The notes beneath the pieces are model-generated. The model ran no database searches. It was not told where the DNA came from and saw only the letters and a list, made by a program, of their open reading frames with translations. This document shows positions 1 to 8,463 of a stretch of DNA of 64,000 nucleotides, one piece after another (the stretch's first letter is position 1; each line of letters begins with the position of its first letter). The position numbers were made by a program, and so were the translations under genes. The stretch comes from an uncultured Gammaproteobacteria bacterium (GTDB taxonomy: Bacteria; Patescibacteriota; Patescibacteriia; UBA9934): the NCBI GenBank assembly GCA_964552565.1, contig CAZKGL010000001.1, positions 25,875 to 89,874 of the forward strand, written 5' to 3'.

Positions 1-20
1 AAAAGGAAAGGAGCGCTCCG

Positions 21-572
21 TCATGAGCGCTCCTCGCGGGAATAGTGGACGATCCAGAGGCCGTCTCGGTTGTTGCAGGGGCTCGGCGTCTGCACGCCGA
101 GGGACCGGTACCACGGCAGCAACCGAGGGTCCGACACGACACCCCAGAAGGCTCCTTTCTCGGAGAGGATGGTGGCGATGGCCCTGCGGAACATCACGTC
201 CCCGATCCCTTGCCCGCGCAGTTCGTGACGAACCTGGAGACAGCTCACGAAATGTACGCCTTCGGAGACGAGTCGTTCGGCCGCCTCGCGGTTTCTGGGA
301 TCGCGTAGGCGCTCCGGGCTGTACGTGAAGTGCAGTACGCCGCCGACGAACTCGGCGGGACGACCCGGAAGGACGAACTGGTAGGGCGTGATGTCCCCGT
401 CGCCTTGGGCCGTGCGTTCGAGCAGCGTGTCGCGGAAGTGGGCGGCGTTCGTCGCGTAGCGCAGGTCATCCATGCCGGCGAGCCAGGGGACCACCGATCC
501 GAACTCCTCCATGATTCCCAGGTACTGGATGAGGAACCTTCGGCCACGGAGGCCGACTTGTTGCAACCGCAT
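21..572 (-). CDS. GNAT-family N-acetyltransferase
   Basis: Motif A-like LQVRHELRGQGIG and C-terminal WYRSLG; AAGGAGG SD upstream of ATG at 572. Confidence 0.75.
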   Translation of the reverse strand: MRLQQVGLRGRRFLIQYLGIMEEFGSVVPWLAGMDDLRYATNAAHFRDTLLERTAQGDGDITPYQFVLPGRPAEFVGGVLHFTYSPERLRDPRNREAAERLVSEGVHFVSCLQVRHELRGQGIGDVMFRRAIATILSEKGAFWGVVSDPRLLPWYRSLGVQTPSPCNNRDGLWIVHYSREERS

Positions 573-719
573 GCACGCCTCCTTTTTGGCGGTGTTCCGG
601 CGGGATGCCGAACGGATGAGACTACAGAAAAACGCATGCCGCGTCAATGCTGCATGCGACCCCCTCTTCTTGACCGGGATGAATCTTTTGGCTATATTAG
701 CGCAGCAAAAACCATCGAC

Positions 720-794
720 GGCCCCATCGTCTATCGGTTAGGACACGGGCTTTTCAAGCCTGTAAGCTGGGTTCGACTCCCAGTGGGGTCACCA
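720..794 (+). tRNA. tRNA-Glu (TTC)
   Basis: Cloverleaf GGCCCCA..TGGGGTC-ACCA, anticodon loop TTTTCAA, T-loop TTCGACT. Confidence 0.95.
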
Positions 795-821
795 AAAAAT
801 CTGCCAGCTGGCAGATTTTTT
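795..821 (+). terminator. Intrinsic terminator after tRNA-Glu
   Basis: AAAAATCTGCCAG/CTGGCAGATTTTTT palindrome with T tract. Confidence 0.7.
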
Positions 822-823
822 GT

Positions 824-973
824 GTGACACCAAGGACATGCCCTGCGGCATGTCCGTCGGGAGTCGAACGCCGGAGCCATATGCGAGCACCAGCGAGCAT
901 GGCGAGGCGGTGGCCAGCCCGAGCCGAGTGACGACGAGGCGAGAGGCGCGGCCGACTCCCAGTGGGGTCACCA
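824..973. repeat. Palindromic element built from the tRNA-Glu 3' end
   Basis: 21-bp exact copy of tRNA 774-794 at 953-973; interrupted inverted copy at 824-869. Confidence 0.7.
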
Positions 974-1088
974 CAAGCGCCGCTTCGAACGAGGCGGCTT
1001 TTGTGTAAGCCCTGAAAAACAAGAGCGCACCCGACGAGCGGAACCGCAGGCCGGATGGCTTGCTCTTGTTCCGCGCGGGTGCGCGAGA

Positions 1089-1733
1089 CTACCCCTTCCA
1101 GTGCCACCACTCGGATGAGATGGCGCCGGAGAAGCCGGCGTCGTGGAGGGCGGTTGCCATGATGACGAAGTGCATCATCGCGGCGTCGCTCCAGAGGGTC
1201 GGCTTCGTCCAAGTGGACGGAGTGGTCCACTGCCCGCTGACGCTCCCGGAGGGAGGACGCGGACGGGACTTGTCGGTCTTCGTGTCTCCCGGGAAGAGGC
1301 CGGAGTCGAACTTTGAGGGGAGTTCGATCGGCGTTCCGTTCGCGCTCACCAGCCCGACGTCGATGACCTTGCCGTACGTGTGGCCCGAGGGCTTGTCGTA
1401 CGGGTTGGCGACGAGACCACCGCAGTGGCTCGCACCGTGGTTGGCGACGCACGAGTCCCACATGGCGTACTGGTACGCCACGGGGCGAGCGCAGTCGTAC
1501 ATGACAAGGTGATACCCCTGCGCCGAAAGCGTGATTTCAGCCGCAGCGACCTTCGCGGCCGTTTCGGGCGTGAGCCAGCAGACGGCGGCTTCGGTGCCGC
1601 TGTAGAAGGCGTATCCCATGAAATTGTCCGGGGTGGCGTACTTCATCTCGACGACCACGGTCGGGGCGACCGTGGTGACATCGATCATGCCGGCGGGCGC
1701 GGCGAGGGCAACGGACGCGAGGAGAAGGAACAT
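1089..1733 (-). CDS. D-alanyl-D-alanine dipeptidase (M15D, VanX/DdpX-like) with signal peptide
   Basis: KYATPDNF, YDCARP, SGHTYGKVID and EWWH motifs; SD AAGGAG. Confidence 0.85.
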   Translation of the reverse strand: MFLLLASVALAAPAGMIDVTTVAPTVVVEMKYATPDNFMGYAFYSGTEAAVCWLTPETAAKVAAAEITLSAQGYHLVMYDCARPVAYQYAMWDSCVANHGASHCGGLVANPYDKPSGHTYGKVIDVGLVSANGTPIELPSKFDSGLFPGDTKTDKSRPRPPSGSVSGQWTTPSTWTKPTLWSDAAMMHFVIMATALHDAGFSGAISSEWWHWKG

Positions 1734-1866
1734 GGATGTCTCCTTAGGGGGTGTACGAAGGGCGACATTGGTGACGCCGTTCGGCCTTGTAAAATAGCAG
1801 AAAAATGGCATTTTGTCAATGCAGTTAGCAAAAATAAAAGCTCCCGAAAATCCTCGGGAGCTTTTA

Positions 1867-2157
1867 TTACGCCGATTTCTTGAACCCCGCGCTCGATGAG
1901 AATCGGCTCTTTGCCGCGCGCATATCCGCGAGAACTTGCTGGCTTTCTTGGCGCAACGCCGCAGACTCGTCCTCAAGCGTTTCCCGCGCCTCCCATTCTT
2001 CGTCACTCAGCGCGTCGATGTGCTTGTGGATGTCGTTGAGACGCGCCTCAATGGCCTTTTGGCGCTCTTCCAGCTTCAATACCTCGTCATTCCCAAACGT
2101 GTCTTTGATCTCCTGTCCGGTCATGAACGACTGGTGGCGGCGCGATTCGATGCCCAT
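1867..2157 (-). CDS. Hypothetical coiled-coil protein
   Basis: 96-aa E/K/R-rich helical ORF in a gene-sized gap. Confidence 0.55.
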   Translation of the reverse strand: MGIESRRHQSFMTGQEIKDTFGNDEVLKLEERQKAIEARLNDIHKHIDALSDEEWEARETLEDESAALRQESQQVLADMRAAKSRFSSSAGFKKSA

Positions 2158-2168
2158 ATGCTTGTATT

Positions 2169-3656
2169 CTATACCGGAAACGCCATACGGTCTGCAGCCC
2201 TGCGGAAGACTTCGACAAGCTGTTCCATTTGCGCCGCGCTTTCGGTGCCGACCGAGACGCGGACAAACGGCTTTGCGCGTTTTTTCGCGTGGAGCGCGGT
2301 GAGGTAGATGCGCGTCGTGGAAAATCCGAAGCTCGTGCCCGAAGTCAATTGCAGCCCCGCCCGTTTTGCTTCATCGAGGACGACGGAGACGAAGCGCGTG
2401 TAAAACAGCGGTCGGGCGAACGGCGTCTTGAAGGCGATGGTGAAAAACCCGCCGCGGAAAGGCAGGGCGTTCGTCCATGCCGCTCCACGGTAGGACGGCA
2501 GACTCGGATGGACGACGTGGGAGAGCGCGCTGCGTTTTTGACTGCGAATGTGGGCGTCGAGCGCAGCCGCGAGCGTCGCGGCGTTCCGATCGATGCGCGC
2601 CATGCGCCGGGCGAGGAGCGCGCGGTCGGGGGCGGGGAGCGCAAGCACCGAGGCGTCCGGCATGATGGTTCCGAGGTGCTGGCGGCATGCGTAGAGTGCG
2701 AGCGGCGTCATGCCGTTGCGCCACATGATCCCGCCGGTCACGCGGTCAAACCCGTATTGGTGGAATTTGTTGAGGCTCTCCACGACGATGAGCTGCAGCG
2801 GGCTTGTGCGGCGGAGGTGGCACAGCGGCTGGAACGACGGCCCGAGCCCGGTGTTGTCGAGGACGAGAGTCGTCCGGGCCCTGCACCGCGCCTCGATGGC
2901 GGGCAACAGCACGGCGAGGTCGGGGACCGCAACGTCCTCGGTGTTGCACAGGCTGTCGAGGAAGATGACGGACGGCCGGAGGGCGTCGACTGCGGCGATG
3001 ACCGCGCGGGTATCCATTTCGTCGACGGGGTGCACCCGGCCGTGGAAGAACCGCTCGAGAATGTCTTTATTTTCAAAATAGCAGCCCTTGCCGGCAAGGA
3101 CGGCTCCTTTTGCGGCGCCCCCGCTTGCCAGACAGGTGACGACCGTCGCAAACGCCGCCATGCCGCTTGTGGTGACATAGGCCTTCGGCGGGAATTGGAG
3201 CGGAGCATCCACGAACGCCCTGCGGAACGCGTGTTCGTACGCCACGGCGTCGAGATGGACATCGCGTTTGTAGTCGGTGATCGTCGCGTCGATGCGCCCT
3301 GTCTGCGTTCCCGCCATCGAGCGCAGGGTGTGCGCGAAGGAGGGCGACTGCCAGTCCGCTGCGGCGAGCGCGGCCGCGGTCACACCCTGGAGCGTGCGGA
3401 GCGTGTCGGCGATCCGGTCTTTCCGTTCGTGGAGCGCATCGACCTCGTGGGACGGCGCGGCGAGTTCATCCCGTACCGTGCGGTATGCGGCGCGCAGGTC
3501 ATCGGTATGCCGGCGCAGCAGGTCGCGCGTTGCGGGAGACACGATGTCGTCTGCGATTCGTTCGCCGAATGCGGCGAGGCGCCGGTCGGCTCCCGCAGCG
3601 AGCGCACGCAGTTCATCGATGTCGTCCGCGAGGTCGCGAAGGGTTTGGTCGGACAT
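2169..3656 (-). CDS. PLP-dependent Cys/Met metabolism (trans-sulfuration-like) enzyme with N-terminal helical extension
   Basis: TTSGMAA, VLDNT and ESLNKF (PLP lysine) motifs; FVRVSVGTE C-terminus. Confidence 0.75.
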   Translation of the reverse strand: MSDQTLRDLADDIDELRALAAGADRRLAAFGERIADDIVSPATRDLLRRHTDDLRAAYRTVRDELAAPSHEVDALHERKDRIADTLRTLQGVTAAALAAADWQSPSFAHTLRSMAGTQTGRIDATITDYKRDVHLDAVAYEHAFRRAFVDAPLQFPPKAYVTTSGMAAFATVVTCLASGGAAKGAVLAGKGCYFENKDILERFFHGRVHPVDEMDTRAVIAAVDALRPSVIFLDSLCNTEDVAVPDLAVLLPAIEARCRARTTLVLDNTGLGPSFQPLCHLRRTSPLQLIVVESLNKFHQYGFDRVTGGIMWRNGMTPLALYACRQHLGTIMPDASVLALPAPDRALLARRMARIDRNAATLAAALDAHIRSQKRSALSHVVHPSLPSYRGAAWTNALPFRGGFFTIAFKTPFARPLFYTRFVSVVLDEAKRAGLQLTSGTSFGFSTTRIYLTALHAKKRAKPFVRVSVGTESAAQMEQLVEVFRRAADRMAFPV

Positions 3657-3681
3657 ATGCTTCGTGCTACCCTCCTCACGT

Positions 3682-4662
3682 ATGGATTTCAGTCTTGCTC
3701 GGCAACGGATCCGTCTTGCGCGCGTCGACCTTGGCCCAAAGGCGGTACGGATTCCCGTGGCAGAGTGTACCGGGAAACGGCCCGGCCGAACACTCCTTGT
3801 GACCGCGGGCATGGACGGCGACGAGTATGCGGGCATGGAGGCCGCGTACCGGCTGATTGATCGGCTCGGCGCCGGTGAGTTTTCGGGACGGGTCATCGTC
3901 GTTCCGGTCGTGAACGCTCCTGGCTTTGCCGCGGAATGCAGCCAGAATCCACTCGACGGGCTGCTACCAAAGATGCGCGGCCTTGGCCGGCCGAACGGGT
4001 CGCCGACCGACCGGCTGCTCTCTTGGCTGTCGACGTACATCCGGCAGGCGGAATGTTGGTACGACATGCATGGCGGCGCGCTGACCGAGGGCCTGCAGCC
4101 GTTCCTGTGGCTGCACCGCGTGCCGGGGGAGGCGGACGCGCTGCACGCGCAGATTGTCGAGAGCCGGTTGGCGGAAACGATAGTCGACGAGCGGGCGATG
4201 CGCATTTCGAAGGCGGAGGTATTGGCGCGGGAGGGGAGAGCCTACATCCTTGCGGAGTCGGGCGCGCGGGGTGAGCGGCGGCCGGAAGACATCGAGCGGC
4301 ACTTGCGGTGGGTGCATGGCGTCATGGCGCTTATGGGCATGGTTGACGGCGGCGTCACGCCGGTCGCAGAGGCGCGGGTGTTTCACCGGGTCAAGTACTA
4401 CGTTGCGCCGTTTGACGGCATTTGGCGTGCGGCAGATGCGCGGAAGGATATTCGGAAGGGCGAGGCCGTGGGAACGTGCACGCGGCTCGATGGCACCGGC
4501 GCAGCGGTCATCCGTTTCCGCCAAAACGGCATCCGGTTGTGGTGGAAGGAGACGATGGCGCTGCGCAAAGGCGACGTCGTCTGTGCCGTTGCGTACAATG
4601 AAACGAAAGACCCCCGCAACGCGAGGCTGTGGGAGCCTTTCGTTGCAGGGGAGGTCGCCTAG
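3682..4662 (+). CDS. Succinylglutamate desuccinylase/aspartoacylase family protein
   Basis: LLVTAGMDGDEY, VPVVNAPG and YDMHGG motifs. Confidence 0.8.
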   Translation: MDFSLARQRIRLARVDLGPKAVRIPVAECTGKRPGRTLLVTAGMDGDEYAGMEAAYRLIDRLGAGEFSGRVIVVPVVNAPGFAAECSQNPLDGLLPKMRGLGRPNGSPTDRLLSWLSTYIRQAECWYDMHGGALTEGLQPFLWLHRVPGEADALHAQIVESRLAETIVDERAMRISKAEVLAREGRAYILAESGARGERRPEDIERHLRWVHGVMALMGMVDGGVTPVAEARVFHRVKYYVAPFDGIWRAADARKDIRKGEAVGTCTRLDGTGAAVIRFRQNGIRLWWKETMALRKGDVVCAVAYNETKDPRNARLWEPFVAGEVA

Positions 4663-4967
4663 GCGGCGAGGCGCGGCTGGTAGCTGGCGCTGGTGAGCGC
4701 GGTGACGATGGCGTCGACCTTCGCCTGCACGTGGCCGATCTTGGGCGTGCGGCCGCCGACGCCCTTGATGGGCTGCGGCTGCTCGACGACCGGCGTGTTG
4801 CCGTCGAAGCGGACGCGGACGAGGCAGATGTCGGTCTCGACGATCCAGGTCGGCGTGAAGCCGTCGAGGATCTTGCCGATGACCTTGCCCGCGGGCTCGA
4901 CCTTGTCCATCCAGGGGCGGCGGACGAAGGAGGTGACGAGGCCGGGGACGGTCTGGGTGCGGTTCAT
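4659..4967 (-). CDS. Hypothetical protein
   Basis: GC3-rich ORF with CCCGGAGTTCCC-ATG leader. Confidence 0.55.
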   Translation of the reverse strand: MNRTQTVPGLVTSFVRRPWMDKVEPAGKVIGKILDGFTPTWIVETDICLVRVRFDGNTPVVEQPQPIKGVGGRTPKIGHVQAKVDAIVTALTSASYQPRLAA

Positions 4968-5147
4968 GGGAACTCCGGGGTGAGGGGCGCACAAACGCCG
5001 AGGTTTCAGCGGTTTTGCGCCCGTCATCCCTGCATTTCGTAACGTTTCATGATAGCATATTTTTGGTGTTTTGTCAATAAAAAGGCGTTATTTTTCCGCT
5101 AATATTCGCAAAAAAACAAAACACGGGGCTTTGCCCGTGTTTTGTGG

Positions 5148-5732
5148 TTACTTTGCTGCGGTAAAGCGTGCCTCGCAGACGTCCCATTTCAGGTTCATGA
5201 AGAACGCATTGATGTAGTCTGGGCGCTCCGCAGGGAGGTAATCGATGAGAAACGCGTGCTCCCAGACGTCCATGGCAAGGATGATGCGCAGGTCGCCAAG
5301 ATGGCCGAGTTCGTGGTCATTTACCCAGATATTGTGGAAGACTCCGGCCTTTGCGTCATAGGTGAGGAGCGTCCAGCCGATGCCGCGCATCATGCCGACC
5401 GCCTTGAACTCCGTCAGCCATGCGTCGACCGAACCCCACTGCGCGGCAAGCGCCGATTGCAGTCCACCGTCCACCATCCCACCATCTCCACCGAGTGCTT
5501 CAAAGTAGAGTTCATGAAGGCGCATGCCGTTGAACTCGAATGGGAAACGGCGCTTCAGCTCGGACAACGCCAAGGCGTTCTTTTCCGAGGCCGCTTTGAG
5601 CTCTTCGATTTTTGCCATGACCGCGTTCACGTTTTTCACGTAGCCCGCGTAAAGCCTGAGGTGGACGTCGACCTGCTTTGCCGAAAGCCCCTTGAGCTCC
5701 GGGAGGTTGAACTGCTGTTCGCTATAAGGCAT
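5148..5732 (-). CDS. Fe/Mn superoxide dismutase
   Basis: NGMRLHELYF and MDVWEHAF motifs. Confidence 0.92.
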   Translation of the reverse strand: MPYSEQQFNLPELKGLSAKQVDVHLRLYAGYVKNVNAVMAKIEELKAASEKNALALSELKRRFPFEFNGMRLHELYFEALGGDGGMVDGGLQSALAAQWGSVDAWLTEFKAVGMMRGIGWTLLTYDAKAGVFHNIWVNDHELGHLGDLRIILAMDVWEHAFLIDYLPAERPDYINAFFMNLKWDVCEARFTAAK

Positions 5733-5775
5733 AGTGGTTTGGACTTTTGGTGCAACGAGTATACCATCCCGCGTT

Positions 5776-6843
5776 ATGCGTATTCTGGCAATAGAATCGA
5801 GTTGCGACGAGACATCGGTGGCGATTGTCGAGGGAGTGGGGGAGTCCGTGAAGGCTCCTGTGTGTGTGATTCGCTCGCAGATCGACATCCACAAGGCCTA
5901 CGGCGGCGTCGTGCCCGAGGTCGCGGCGCGCGAGCACCTCGAGTACCTGTTCCCCATGCTCAAGGAGGCGGGGGCGGCAAAAGACACGATCGACGCCATC
6001 GCGGTGACGGCCGGCCCCGGGTTGGCCCCTGCGCTGCGCGTCGGGGTGGAGACGGCGAAGACCTTGGCGTGGACATGGGGCAAGCCTTTGGTTCCGGTAT
6101 GCCATCTTGAGGGTCATATCTACGCCAGCTGGCTTGACCCCCTAGCCCCCATAAATGGGGGTAGCCGCGAAAACTCAACCCCCTCCATTCATGGAGGGGG
6201 CACGGGGGTGGTTTTTCCTGCGCTCGCACTTATCGTCTCTGGCGGCCACACCGAGTTGGTGCTCATGAAGGATCATGGCGACTTCGTCCGTTTGGGCGAA
6301 ACGATCGACGATGCCGCCGGCGAAGCGTTCGACAAGGTCGCGAAGATGCTCGGGCTCCCGTATCCCGGAGGTCCGGAAGTCGAAAAGCTCGCGAAAGGCG
6401 GCAGTACGATCGCGTTTGATTTCCCGCGCGCCATGCTCGACAAACCGACACTCGATTTCAGCTTTGCCGGGCTCAAAACGTCGGTGTTGTACACGCTGCG
6501 CAACAACGAAGCGAGCATGGGCGACGAGGTGTTCAGGAAAAACATCGCCGCCTCGTTCCAGGAGGCGGTCGTTGACGTGCTTGTGAAGAAGACCGAGAAG
6601 GCGATCGCGGCACATGCGCCCGCGTCGGTCATCCTTGCCGGCGGCGTTGCGGCAAATACGACGCTCCGGACGCGCATGCAGAGGCTTGGGGAGCACCTCG
6701 GCGTCCCCGTGTTCGTGCCGCCGTTCAGGTATTCCCTCGACAACGCGGCGATGATCGGCGTCGCGGGCTATTTCCGCGCCCGTGCCGGCCATGGCGCTGA
6801 TCCAAAAACGGTCGTCGCAGACCCGAACATGGACATCGTATGA
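5776..6843 (+). CDS. tsaD: tRNA N6-adenosine threonylcarbamoyltransferase
   Basis: ILAIESSCDETS, GGVVPEVAAREH, HLEGH, SGGHT, DNAAMIG. Confidence 0.97.
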   Translation: MRILAIESSCDETSVAIVEGVGESVKAPVCVIRSQIDIHKAYGGVVPEVAAREHLEYLFPMLKEAGAAKDTIDAIAVTAGPGLAPALRVGVETAKTLAWTWGKPLVPVCHLEGHIYASWLDPLAPINGGSRENSTPSIHGGGTGVVFPALALIVSGGHTELVLMKDHGDFVRLGETIDDAAGEAFDKVAKMLGLPYPGGPEVEKLAKGGSTIAFDFPRAMLDKPTLDFSFAGLKTSVLYTLRNNEASMGDEVFRKNIAASFQEAVVDVLVKKTEKAIAAHAPASVILAGGVAANTTLRTRMQRLGEHLGVPVFVPPFRYSLDNAAMIGVAGYFRARAGHGADPKTVVADPNMDIV

Positions 6844-7262
6844 TCACGCATTCTGCAGAAGAAACAAAAAATGCCGCGGCCGACCTTGCCGCAACGCTCC
6901 AGGGCGGGGAGATGATCGCGCTTGTGGGCGATCTTGGCGCAGGCAAGACAACGTTTGTCCAAGGCCTTGCCGCTGCACTTGGCGCGACCGCGCGGGTGAA
7001 AAGCCCGACGTTCACGGTCATGAACGAGTACCCCGTCCACCATCCCACCATCCACCGACTGATCCACCTCGACCTCTATCGTTTTACTTCCGCGGACGAA
7101 CTGCGCGCGCTGTCGCTCGAAGACGAGCTCCGCAACGACACGGTCGTCGTCATAGAATGGCCGAACGCACTGCCGACCGTGTCCTGGCAGCCTGATGTCA
7201 CGGTGACCATCAGCCACGGCGCGCAGCCCGAGGAGCGGGCTATCGACATCGTACGAGCGTAA
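6840..7262 (+). CDS. tsaE: t6A biosynthesis ATPase
   Basis: GDLGAGKT, KSPTF, HLDLYR, IEW. Confidence 0.95.
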   Translation: MITHSAEETKNAAADLAATLQGGEMIALVGDLGAGKTTFVQGLAAALGATARVKSPTFTVMNEYPVHHPTIHRLIHLDLYRFTSADELRALSLEDELRNDTVVVIEWPNALPTVSWQPDVTVTISHGAQPEERAIDIVRA

Positions 7263-7974
7263 GCCCGGCGATCGCCGCGGTTTCGGCGCGGAGTACGGTC
7301 TTGCCGAGGCGGACGATATGGCTTTTGGCGTCCCGTGCAACGGCGAGTTCATGATCGGTAAAGCCGCCTTCGGGACCGATAAAGATGGCGAGTGCGCTTT
7401 GGCGGGGCGCAGTGGCCCCTCCTAGTACTTTTTCTAATGTTTCTCCGTCCCCTTCGTGGAGCACGATGCGACGCATGCCGTCCGTGTGGCCGATCGCGTT
7501 CGCAAACGGCATGGGGTCGTGGATGGCGGGAAGCCGCACGCGGCCGCACTGCTCGCTCGCTTCGCGCACAATGGCGCGCCACCGATCGGGGGTGGCGCTG
7601 AGTTTTTTAATCGTACGGTCGGTGAGGAGTGGGATGAATGCATTCGCGCCGAGTTCGGTGCATTTCTGGAGGACAAGTTCGAAATTTTCCCGCTTGAGGA
7701 GCGCAGCACAAACCGTGACTTCGGGGAGGAGCGGGTCGGGAACGGAACTGCCGGCAATGACCCCGGTGATTGCCGAGCGGCTGATGTCGGTAATGCGCCC
7801 GTCGATCTCTGTGCCGTCGTTCGGGAGGAGCGCAATGGGATCGCCGACCTTCATGCGGAGTACGGTCGTGATTTGCCGGTGGAGTGGGCCGGCGGGAATG
7901 GTAAACGCCTCCGCGGCGCGGGCGATGTACTCCTCGGGGACGAAGAAGCGTGCGGTGAGCATAGCTATTCGCAT
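7240..7974 (-). CDS. rsmE: 16S rRNA m3U1498 methyltransferase
   Basis: QKCTELG, EASEQCGR, IGPEGGF, LRAETAA. Confidence 0.95.
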   Translation of the reverse strand: MRIAMLTARFFVPEEYIARAAEAFTIPAGPLHRQITTVLRMKVGDPIALLPNDGTEIDGRITDISRSAITGVIAGSSVPDPLLPEVTVCAALLKRENFELVLQKCTELGANAFIPLLTDRTIKKLSATPDRWRAIVREASEQCGRVRLPAIHDPMPFANAIGHTDGMRRIVLHEGDGETLEKVLGGATAPRQSALAIFIGPEGGFTDHELAVARDAKSHIVRLGKTVLRAETAAIAGLTLVRCR

Positions 7975-8028
7975 CGTAGCGAAATCAGAACGCCCCGTAC
8001 AGGACGTGGCGTCCTGTACGGGGCGTAG

Positions 8029-8298
8029 CTAGTGGTGGCTGTGCTCGGCCTTGCGGTCGAGCCACCAGAGCACGAGGCGGATGATGAACCACCAGGTGAT
8101 GACCCCCCCGACGGCCGAGGTCAGGGTGAACTCCTTCGGGTTCGCCAGGCTCATGCCGATGATGAGCGCGGTGATCGCGAGGAAGATTCCCCAGCGACCG
8201 AAGAGGCTCTTCTTGCCGTGGCCGTGGTTGTGGCCGCCACCGTGCTGGTGGCCGCCGTTGCCGTGGCCCACGTGGGCCGAGTGGTTCGAAGCGCTCAT
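8029..8298 (-). CDS. Small His/Gly-rich two-TM membrane protein
   Basis: His-rich N-terminus, two hydrophobic segments, GGAGG SD. Confidence 0.65.
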   Translation of the reverse strand: MSASNHSAHVGHGNGGHQHGGGHNHGHGKKSLFGRWGIFLAITALIIGMSLANPKEFTLTSAVGGVITWWFIIRLVLWWLDRKAEHSHH

Positions 8299-8463
8299 GT
8301 CAATCCTCCGGGAAGCGCAGTGGAAAGGCGTCTATGGAGGGTTTCGCGACGTTTCACGACTTCCTCCATGACCCTTTACTCTAGCATAAAAATTGCCTTT
8401 TGTCAATGAAAAACAAGCAAAAAACGCCGTTTTTGCGGCGTTTTTTGCGGTCGGGAATAGGGA

